Shown here piece after piece: positions 26,118 to 33,427 of a stretch of DNA of 35,734 nt; within the stretch, counting starts at the first letter, position 1; each line of letters opens with the position of its first letter. The stretch is from positions 1 to 35,734 of IMG/VR virus record IMGVR_UViG_3300012952_000052; one strand, given 5' to 3'. The stretch comes from a virus. Its lineage: Duplodnaviria; Caudoviricetes. A program made the position numbers and the translations under genes. The notes below the pieces were generated by a model. It was given only the letters and a program-made list of their open reading frames with translations, did not search any database and was not told the origin of the DNA.

Positions 26118-26912
26118 ATGGCTCGCAAAACTTTATTAACCGAAGGCGAAATTCGTCAATTTATGAAACTCGCTAATTTATCCCCGGTCGCCAAAACTCG
26201 ACTGAATGAAATGGGAGTATTAGGCGAGGAGGACGACGAGCTAGATGTTGCGCTCGACGTTGAAGAAGAACCACTCGATGATGATGGAATGGAGGTAGAT
26301 GCCGCCGAACTGGATGTCGAGGCAGAGCCAGCTGATGACATGATTTCTTTAGGAGACTTTGTTCAAGCACTTGAAGACGCAGTTCAAGACGTAACAGGAA
26401 GACCCACAGACGCAGATCTTGAAGGAGGTGAGGAAGAAGATCTCGACATGATGGGCGGCGAAGATGACCTTGAAGTCGATGCACTTGAGGTAGGAGTCGA
26501 TGAAGACCCCCCTGGTGGGATGGATATCTACGAAGCAGATGGCGCTATGAAAGGCGATCAATCCAAGTCCCGCGCAGACTATATGCATCAACATGATAAA
26601 GATCCCGAAGAGGACGAAAAAGAGCGTAGGAGATACGACAGAACTCATAAGGGACACGGCGATCGCGAAGGCGATCAAAGCGCCACTCGTTCTGACTTTA
26701 GTCGACGCACCGTGGACCGCAGCAAGAATCGCGCTCGGGGTAGGCTCAAGCAGGCTAAAAATCCATTTTCAGTCGGAGAGAATCTCGATAAAGATGCTCT
26801 CGTTGCGGAAGTGGCCAAGAGAGTTGCCGCTCGTCTCCAGCAAGAGACTAAGCGCGACACGATGGTGGATGACTTGACTGAGAGAATTTTTAAACGTCTT
26901 ACCCAAAAATAA
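26118..26912 (+). CDS. highly acidic, low-complexity protein, probable prohead/internal virion protein
   Basis: N-terminal LLTEGEIRQFMKLA, D/E-rich centre, basic patch, GDQS.(S/T)R.D repeat. Confidence 0.6.
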   Translation: MARKTLLTEGEIRQFMKLANLSPVAKTRLNEMGVLGEEDDELDVALDVEEEPLDDDGMEVDAAELDVEAEPADDMISLGDFVQALEDAVQDVTGRPTDADLEGGEEEDLDMMGGEDDLEVDALEVGVDEDPPGGMDIYEADGAMKGDQSKSRADYMHQHDKDPEEDEKERRRYDRTHKGHGDREGDQSATRSDFSRRTVDRSKNRARGRLKQAKNPFSVGENLDKDALVAEVAKRVAARLQQETKRDTMVDDLTERIFKRLTQK

Positions 26913-26913
26913 T

Positions 26914-26942
26914 TTGACTTTCATAGAGTAAGATGATACAAT
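26914..26942 (+). promoter_or_regulatory. sigma70 promoter TTGACT-17-TACAAT (extended -10)
   Basis: -35 at 26914-26919, TG at 26934-26935, -10 at 26937-26942. Confidence 0.7.
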
Positions 26943-26976
26943 AACCACTGGGAGCAATCCAAGTGGTTATTTTTTT
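26941..26976 (+). terminator. intrinsic terminator
   Basis: ATAACCACT-G-GGA-GCAA-TCC-A-AGTGGTTAT hairpin with a GNRA loop, followed by a T run. Confidence 0.8.
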
Positions 26977-26985
26977 AGGTGGTGT

Positions 26986-27396
26986 ATGGAATACATTTTA
27001 TATTTGCTAATTTTTATATTCGGATATTTTACTTGCAGGGCTGTTTACTTTCTTCGCTCATTAACAACAAGCATGGCATTGATTCGCTTGTCGCAATTAG
27101 TGGCGCTTTCGATTTTTGCCAAAACATTGGAAGACATTCATTATGCGCGAGTGGCTAAAATGGAAGGCATGCTAAAGAATAAAGAAAGTGAACACAATGT
27201 CCAGGCATTTGTATATCGTTTTGAGGACGAGATAGCTAGTTATAAGAGAAGGTGTATTAAAGATTTAATCGCCCTCCACCCGCAGATGTTCCAAGGAACT
27301 GTACAGTTTGATGATTGGAAGTCTGCCATGCAATTTTTAAACGATCACAGACCGGTCGTCGAACACATATTAAGAGGGGAACCCACCAATGATTAA
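26986..27396 (+). CDS. membrane-anchored hypothetical protein
   Basis: N-terminal hydrophobic helix ILYLLIFIFGYF; overlaps the next clpP start. Confidence 0.7.
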   Translation: MEYILYLLIFIFGYFTCRAVYFLRSLTTSMALIRLSQLVALSIFAKTLEDIHYARVAKMEGMLKNKESEHNVQAFVYRFEDEIASYKRRCIKDLIALHPQMFQGTVQFDDWKSAMQFLNDHRPVVEHILRGEPTND

Positions 27397-28015
27397 GAAA
27401 CTAAAAGAGGCCATTACCTCGATAGCAACACCAGGGGAGGGCGAGCCAGACGTTATCTTGGTCCAAGCCCCAGGTCCTAAAGAGCCTGAACTGCAGATGA
27501 TTGGACTTTTTGCTGAAGTAGTAGAAGAGAAGATTGCTGAAGTGGTGCATGCGATGTTATATCTTAATGAAGTCAATAAAGGCAAAAGTGCAAAAGCCAA
27601 GCAGCCGATTGAATTTTATATTTCGACCTACGGCGGTTCGGCTGATGATATGTTTGCGCTTTATGATATAATGAGATTAGTGCGCGAAGATACTGACATC
27701 AGCACTGTGGGTTTAGGAAAGGTAATGTCGGCCGGTGTGCTGTTGTTGGCGGCTGGCACCAAAGGAAAGCGCAAGGTTGCCCGCAATTGTCGGATTATGA
27801 TCCATTCAGTGATTGGAGGCAATCACGGTAGTTTGCATAATATGATAAATGAGATGGAGGCTATCGAGCAACTGCAACAAATGTACTCAGATTGTTTAGT
27901 ATCGGAAACAAAAATCACAAAAACACAGCTGAAAAAAATGTTAGAACGTAAAGTAAATGTCTATTTATCAGCAGAAGAAGCGGTCGAATATGGAATCGCC
28001 GACATTATTGTATAA
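27389..28015 (+). CDS. clpP: ClpP-family serine protease (copy 2, apparent Ser-His-Asn)
   Basis: YISTYGGS...ALYDIM, GKVMSAG (Ser), IMIHS (His), VNVYLSAEEAVEYGIAD (Asn at the Asp position). Confidence 0.88.
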   Translation: MIKKLKEAITSIATPGEGEPDVILVQAPGPKEPELQMIGLFAEVVEEKIAEVVHAMLYLNEVNKGKSAKAKQPIEFYISTYGGSADDMFALYDIMRLVREDTDISTVGLGKVMSAGVLLLAAGTKGKRKVARNCRIMIHSVIGGNHGSLHNMINEMEAIEQLQQMYSDCLVSETKITKTQLKKMLERKVNVYLSAEEAVEYGIADIIV

Positions 28016-28023
28016 GGAATCCA

Positions 28024-29763
28024 ATGTCAGATTTAACACAAATACTTAAAGAAGAATACTTTAAACAAATGCATAGCATGGATATGGATTCGTTGATGGA
28101 GATGATAGAAGATGTGATGGACTCAGTGGGGTCCATCGTTCGGGAGGATGTTGCATCGGCACCCAAGATGGATGATCGTGATGATGAAGCCACGCTGCGT
28201 ATGCTTTTACGCATGATTCCCGATATTGAAGTATCTGAAATCGGATGGTCGGATGTAAGGACGCGCGATGAAGACGTCGAAATTAAAGGACCGCAGCGGC
28301 AATTGTTGGAGAATTACCTTAGTAATATCAAAGGAGATGACTTTGCAGCACGCATTGAAAATATTTCTGATTTTTATACAAAGGGAGCGGGCCTCATCGC
28401 CGAGCATGCCGGCACTGATCGCACTCAGATAATCGTACAAGCAATTTCTTATCTTGTATTTTATAAGACTTTGACAAAGGTGGTCACTAACTTTAACGCA
28501 TCGTCGGCAGGGTTTAGTTTTGAGTCCTTCCTCGCAGCATTGGTGGATGGCTATCAGATCCCCGCCGGCGGCAACACTATCGCAGATTATGTCGATCGTG
28601 CCGGTGATAAAGAGATCCCCGTCAGTCTTAAGTTGTATCGCAAGGGAGGGCTTGAAGTGGGTGGTAGCTATACCGACTTGGTAAACGATCTAGTAAAGCC
28701 GCAGTTTTCTAGTTTCCCTGGGATGCGCTATGTTGTGTGCACAAAGAGTCTCCAAGGTAAAGGTTTGGAACAAGAAGGGGCTATTCACTTTTATCAGTTC
28801 GATTTTGAGCTTGCGAATGTCATGAGTATCCTTCTTAATTCTAAATATCCCTATGTTATCAGAATTCACCAAGCGTCAATGGCTGCCATCGAAGCTGGAC
28901 AACAAGTGGGCGCAGCCGAACTACTGGATTTACCTGAAGCGGCCCGAGAGCTTTCGGCTGAAGAACTCACTCCCGTCTTTGCAAAGGCGTTGGAAGGGAG
29001 AATCCGTGACTTTCAAGAAGATAACCCTAATCATCCACTGAAAACTTTTGATAACGAAGCTTTAGCTGCGCTTATTGAAGCTCTCAATTGGGAAAAGAAC
29101 GATGACATCTTCAACAAAGAGAAGGTGCGCGGGAGAGGAGCACTGGGCAAGAAACAGATAGCAAAGTGGATTAAAGCTGCCTACTCGGAATCTCCCGAGC
29201 AATATGCACCTTTAGTAGATTTGCTTATCGCCGCCAATGCAGATGTGATTCGTCAACAATCAGCCGCCTCCAAGAAGACAGAGCGCAATAAAATGATAGA
29301 TGCAATGATTGAGGGAGGAGAGTTTTTATCACCCGAAGACACAGCCGAAAGATATGGAAACCTGGGCCCTCGTCAACAGCGCGAGGCTTTAAAAAGCAGC
29401 TTAGGTTATCTGCGCCGTCTGCACTTTGCCTTGAATGAAAAACAGGCCATAAATCCCGGAGAGCCAACTAACACGATAGATATAGGTCAGATCAATATTG
29501 GTCGTCAGATGGTGGCTAACGTGCTGAATAGTGTGCGCGATTTGTTAAATGGCGAGGTGTATCAAATCTTCGAATCACTTAAACTATTGTCTGACAGTCT
29601 CAATACTTTTTTCGCCGGCGGATTGGAAGATGATTCACAAGCCTACGCCGCAGTACACAATGCTAACAATATTAGTTCATCCGAAATACTATCGGACGAT
29701 GAAGCCACGTTATCGTGGGCCACTGGCGCGATGTATGAATCTAAAAATAAATCTAACAAATAA
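28024..29763 (+). CDS. large hypothetical protein, possible PD-(D/E)xK-like nuclease domain, possible virion protein
   Basis: AGFSFESFLAAL...TIADYVD...PVSLKLY motif; N-terminal ILKEE. Confidence 0.55.
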   Translation: MSDLTQILKEEYFKQMHSMDMDSLMEMIEDVMDSVGSIVREDVASAPKMDDRDDEATLRMLLRMIPDIEVSEIGWSDVRTRDEDVEIKGPQRQLLENYLSNIKGDDFAARIENISDFYTKGAGLIAEHAGTDRTQIIVQAISYLVFYKTLTKVVTNFNASSAGFSFESFLAALVDGYQIPAGGNTIADYVDRAGDKEIPVSLKLYRKGGLEVGGSYTDLVNDLVKPQFSSFPGMRYVVCTKSLQGKGLEQEGAIHFYQFDFELANVMSILLNSKYPYVIRIHQASMAAIEAGQQVGAAELLDLPEAARELSAEELTPVFAKALEGRIRDFQEDNPNHPLKTFDNEALAALIEALNWEKNDDIFNKEKVRGRGALGKKQIAKWIKAAYSESPEQYAPLVDLLIAANADVIRQQSAASKKTERNKMIDAMIEGGEFLSPEDTAERYGNLGPRQQREALKSSLGYLRRLHFALNEKQAINPGEPTNTIDIGQINIGRQMVANVLNSVRDLLNGEVYQIFESLKLLSDSLNTFFAGGLEDDSQAYAAVHNANNISSSEILSDDEATLSWATGAMYESKNKSNK

Positions 29764-29765
29764 GC

Positions 29766-29794
29766 TTGACAATAGGCGCGTCAGGGATTATAAT
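29766..29794 (+). promoter_or_regulatory. perfect-consensus sigma70 promoter TTGACA-17-TATAAT for groEL
   Basis: -35 at 29766-29771, -10 at 29789-29794. Confidence 0.9.
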
Positions 29795-29816
29795 ATAAAC
29801 TAACCTAAGAGGAAAC

Positions 29817-31388
29817 ATGAGCAGAGCATTTGATGACAATCAAACTCTTCAACAGAAGATTATAAAAGGCGCTAACGTTTTGGCCGACAACGTTGCTTCC
29901 ACATTGGGGCCGAGAGGTCGAAATGTTTTACTCAAAGAGAAAGACAAACAACCATTTATTACGAAGGACGGTGTAACTGTCGCACACTTTGTAGCGTTGG
30001 ATGATCCATTTGAAAATGCAGCCGCTAGCGTCATTAAGCAAGCAGCTATTCAAACTAACAATGATGCAGGAGATGGTACGACCACCGCCACAGTCCTTGC
30101 GCGTGCAATTCTACAAGAATCTCAGAGATTTATTGCATCTGGCGTTTCTCCTATCGAATTGCAAAGAGGCATTGGTCTTGCTGTAGAAGAAGTGGTGGAA
30201 GGATTGCGAGAGATGGCCAAGCCAGTCACCAGCACCGAAGACATCGCACATATCGCTTCGATTTCTGCTAATAACGATAGCAGTATCGGTGAGTTGATTG
30301 CCATCGCTGTAGACAAAGTAGGTCAAGACGGCTCCATTACGATTGAAGATTCTCGTTCCTTAGAAACATCGCTAGATATTACTGAAGGATTCGGGTTCGG
30401 ATCGGGTTATTGCGCCGGCGCTTTTGTGACCGACGAAAGGCGCGGAGTGATGAACCACGACGACCCACTTCTGTTTATTACAGATCAAAAGATTTCGACC
30501 GTAGAATCGATTCTACCTGTGTTAGAATTGTGCGCACGCGAATCTCGGCCACTTATTTTTGTCGCCGAAGACATCGAAGGTCAGGCGCTTGCTGCGATGA
30601 TTATGAATGCCATGCGCGGTACACTAAAAGTTGCGGCAATCAAAGCTCCGCATTATGGAGAAGAGAGGAGAAATATCCTAGAGGACTTGGCGATTTCCAC
30701 CGGTGCAACCTTTATCACACGCGAGAGCGGCATTAAGCTAAAAGATGTTAAAATGCAACATCTCGGCAGTGCCAAGCGCATTGAGAGTACACAAGTTACC
30801 ACTACGATTATTGGCGGAGCAGGCAACTATGAAGAAATCGATGCGCGCATTGAATCTCTCAAAGAACTTATTAAGGTGACTGATTCGATGCAGGCGTGTG
30901 AACGCCATCAAGGTCGCTTGGTACGCTTGGCATCGGGCGTGGCGGTTATTCGTGTCGGTGGCACTACCGAAGTGGAAATGATTGAGAAGAAGCATCGTAT
31001 CGAAGATGCTTTGGAAGCGGTGCGTTCAGCGCAGGAAGAAGGTATTATACCCGGCGGTGGCTCGGCATTACTCAGAGCGAGTCAGTCCCTGGCTATCACC
31101 ACCGACAGCGCGCAGCAGGCGCTAGGTGCAACAATTGTTCAGCGCGCCTGCCAAGCGCCGATTGTACAGATGGCTAAGAATGCAGGAGAGTCCTCCGACT
31201 TGATTATTGATTCGGTACTTAAAAGCAAACAAGCGATGGGGTGGGATTTCCGCGCTAACGAAATGGTCAACCTATATGATCGCGGTGTTGTCGATCCTGT
31301 TAAGGTAACAGTCACTGCATTGAGAAATGCTGCGAGCTGTGCTGGTACACTAATTACCACTAACTTTGGCATCATACAAACGGAGTAA
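29817..31388 (+). CDS. groEL: GroEL-like chaperonin (phage-encoded, no GGM tail)
   Basis: TLGPRGRNV, ITKDGVTVA, AGDGTTTATVLA, AEDIEGQAL, KAPHYG, GVAVIRVGG.TEVE, IEDAL, PGGGSAL, VVDPVKV. Confidence 0.96.
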   Translation: MSRAFDDNQTLQQKIIKGANVLADNVASTLGPRGRNVLLKEKDKQPFITKDGVTVAHFVALDDPFENAAASVIKQAAIQTNNDAGDGTTTATVLARAILQESQRFIASGVSPIELQRGIGLAVEEVVEGLREMAKPVTSTEDIAHIASISANNDSSIGELIAIAVDKVGQDGSITIEDSRSLETSLDITEGFGFGSGYCAGAFVTDERRGVMNHDDPLLFITDQKISTVESILPVLELCARESRPLIFVAEDIEGQALAAMIMNAMRGTLKVAAIKAPHYGEERRNILEDLAISTGATFITRESGIKLKDVKMQHLGSAKRIESTQVTTTIIGGAGNYEEIDARIESLKELIKVTDSMQACERHQGRLVRLASGVAVIRVGGTTEVEMIEKKHRIEDALEAVRSAQEEGIIPGGGSALLRASQSLAITTDSAQQALGATIVQRACQAPIVQMAKNAGESSDLIIDSVLKSKQAMGWDFRANEMVNLYDRGVVDPVKVTVTALRNAASCAGTLITTNFGIIQTE

Positions 31389-31395
31389 ATAAGAA

Positions 31396-31608
31396 ATGGA
31401 ATTAATAGAGGGTGATTTAGTTTATATACCACAAGATGTGTTGTTGTATAATTTGCAATCGGGATCTAAGCGGTTTAGAACCGACAAGCCCACAACTGCG
31501 ATTTTTCTTAAGGAGGAGCCCAACTCCACAGTTAAAGTATTTGTAGACGGTAGTGAGATGATTGTGCGAAAAAATCATATATACATAATGGAGAAAAGAT
31601 GCTCGTAA
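31396..31608 (+). CDS. small hypothetical protein (SH3-like beta pattern)
   Basis: EGDLVYIP...AIFL...VKVFVDG alternating beta strands. Confidence 0.6.
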   Translation: MELIEGDLVYIPQDVLLYNLQSGSKRFRTDKPTTAIFLKEEPNSTVKVFVDGSEMIVRKNHIYIMEKRCS

Positions 31609-31889
31609 AATTAACAGAGGTATGTAACAATGCGGCCGTTACCAGTCGTCACCAATACACTTTAAGAGATATATTTATCAACCCGGAACACGTTGTGATG
31701 ATTCGGGAAGAGCGACGGTTGCGTGAGATCAACGAGGGCGGCGGTGTGCTAGCTGGGCTCGACACTAATCATCGTTTTTCTAAACTCACCCTCAACAGAG
31801 GAACTACCGGCACAGAAATCGTAGTGATCGGCGCACCAGAAATAATCGAAACCCAATTGAAAAGCAGCAAAGTACTGCTTAAAGGATAA
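31599..31889 (+). CDS. hypothetical protein (FlbD-like 'INP.hi..i.E' pattern)
   Basis: MLVKLTEV...IFINPEHVVMIRE...IVVIGAPEII; GGAG RBS. Confidence 0.6.
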   Translation: MLVKLTEVCNNAAVTSRHQYTLRDIFINPEHVVMIREERRLREINEGGGVLAGLDTNHRFSKLTLNRGTTGTEIVVIGAPEIIETQLKSSKVLLKG

Positions 31890-31892
31890 GCT

Positions 31893-32330
31893 ATGAGTTC
31901 ACCTAGAGTTAATATTCAATATTCCGTTAGTGTGGAAGATTTGCCAGACGAAATTAGCCGTCTCGTAACAAAGGCTACTCATCTTCAAATGCAGATGAGC
32001 GAGGAGTGTGGACAACTTAATACCGCCGATCCAGACACTTTATGGAGCGCCGCATACGTTGGCGATATACAAAACTGGAGAGCGTATTTGGTGGAAATCG
32101 ATCACACTTTGAAAGATGTTGAAAACTTAGTTAAGTCGTATCTATCCCAAATGGGGTCCTCAGCTCACACTGCCGTAGAGAACACACCCACTCCTTCTCC
32201 CTCGTTGCCGCTGAAGGGCCTCCCGTTGCCCTCCCCGGGGGATTTGGACCATTTGATCGAGAATTTTCAAGAACGCATTGAATCTCCAAGAGAGGAAGGG
32301 CATGAAATCACCCCTGAAGCCTCTCCATAA
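31893..32330 (+). CDS. hypothetical protein
   Basis: ORF with AAGGA RBS; helical N-terminus and Pro-rich C-terminus. Confidence 0.7.
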   Translation: MSSPRVNIQYSVSVEDLPDEISRLVTKATHLQMQMSEECGQLNTADPDTLWSAAYVGDIQNWRAYLVEIDHTLKDVENLVKSYLSQMGSSAHTAVENTPTPSPSLPLKGLPLPSPGDLDHLIENFQERIESPREEGHEITPEASP

Positions 32331-33060
32331 TTCTTTAGCCAGTGGTTATCTTAGAAACAAGGTGGGACAGAAACAGATAGTCGACTCTTTCTTTTTTTTT
32401 GATGGCAACTATGAATGTATGCTAGCACAGCAGAATAATTTTGTTATCGGACATACCACGGCATATACGGTAGGAGAGTTTTGGACATCTTTAGAAGAGT
32501 CGCGTCCTTGGATCGAGGGAGTGTGTGAGGATGTAAGCAACATTCTCCATAAACCTGTTTTTGAGCTACTGCAAGACACATGGCACACTCAAGATACATT
32601 ATTCATTCGCAGCGCGTTATTCTTTTTATTGAGTCGCTGTTCAACAAAGGGGTTGCCTTCGTCGGGAGAACTCTTGACAGAAGGTTTAAGTCCGATGGCT
32701 TTTAAGTACTTGCGAGAGTTGAAGACAGAGAATTTACACTTTATTCATCACTCAGAGTCGGATCCTATAGACGTGATACAACCATCTCGCGCTAATAGTA
32801 TTATTTTGATGAATTTGGGCTCTTATGGGCACGGATTAACTCAAGGACCCGTGAATCTAGGGGTGGAGGAGACTTTTATTGACCACCGCAACGTGAGAGA
32901 AAAACTTTTTTCTATGAAGAATCCGTGGATTGTGAATTATACATATAGCAATGCAGTGACAGATTTGTATCGTTCCCAAGATGTTGTTTTACTTGACATG
33001 TATGGAAACAAAACGCAGGAGAAATCAGAAGCCCGCGAGGTAGTAATTGCTAACTTCTAA
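32302..33060 (+). CDS. catalytically degenerate D12/Dam methyltransferase paralog
   Basis: Colinear with the 7180 Dam (MKSPLK/MKTPLR, FWTSL/FWQAL, SALFFLLSRCS/AAKVYAINRSS, WIVNY..LYR/WVLSY..LYR, EVVIANF/EIIITNL), but motif I reads FFFFDGN and DPPY reads NLGSY. Confidence 0.7.
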   Translation: MKSPLKPLHNSLASGYLRNKVGQKQIVDSFFFFDGNYECMLAQQNNFVIGHTTAYTVGEFWTSLEESRPWIEGVCEDVSNILHKPVFELLQDTWHTQDTLFIRSALFFLLSRCSTKGLPSSGELLTEGLSPMAFKYLRELKTENLHFIHHSESDPIDVIQPSRANSIILMNLGSYGHGLTQGPVNLGVEETFIDHRNVREKLFSMKNPWIVNYTYSNAVTDLYRSQDVVLLDMYGNKTQEKSEAREVVIANF

Positions 33061-33061
33061 G

Positions 33062-33397
33062 ATGGCACTGGCCATGGCTTTGTTCGCGTTAGGGCAAACT
33101 TTAGCATGGTTTCAAATTAACAGTCAATTTGTGTGGGAATGGTGGCGCGCCCATCCTCTTCTGGCTGTAGTTTTATATGGTTTGCCCACCGGTGTGTGTT
33201 TTTTGTATGGTGTGCGATTTGCTTATGAGGAAATGGGACAAGTGTGGGGCCCGCGCTTTCTCATCTTTAGTATGTCGTATTTGACATTTCCTCTACTTAC
33301 ATGGCACTTCTTAGGCGAGAGTATGTTTACGACCAAGACAATGATATGCGTCATGCTATCATTTCTTATTGTATTAGTACAATTGTTTTGGAAATAG
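33062..33397 (+). CDS. small four-helix membrane protein, DMT/SMR-like
   Basis: Four hydrophobic segments in about 111 aa; FLGES before the last helix, as in DMT/EamA half-transporters. Confidence 0.6.
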   Translation: MALAMALFALGQTLAWFQINSQFVWEWWRAHPLLAVVLYGLPTGVCFLYGVRFAYEEMGQVWGPRFLIFSMSYLTFPLLTWHFLGESMFTTKTMICVMLSFLIVLVQLFWK

Positions 33398-33400
33398 TCA

Positions 33401-33410
33401 ACTATTTATA
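33401..33410 (+). promoter_or_regulatory. candidate late-promoter motif ACTATTTATA
   Basis: Intergenic, 18 nt before ATG 33428; matches 26069-26077. Confidence 0.45.
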
Positions 33411-33427
33411 ATGTTGGAGTTTATTTA

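Noticed and set aside
32392-32400. T9 tract as a phase-variation or frameshift switch restoring Dam activity
   Set aside because: The tract is in frame (FFF), and Dam-like similarity continues in the same frame on both sides, so slippage would only truncate the protein.
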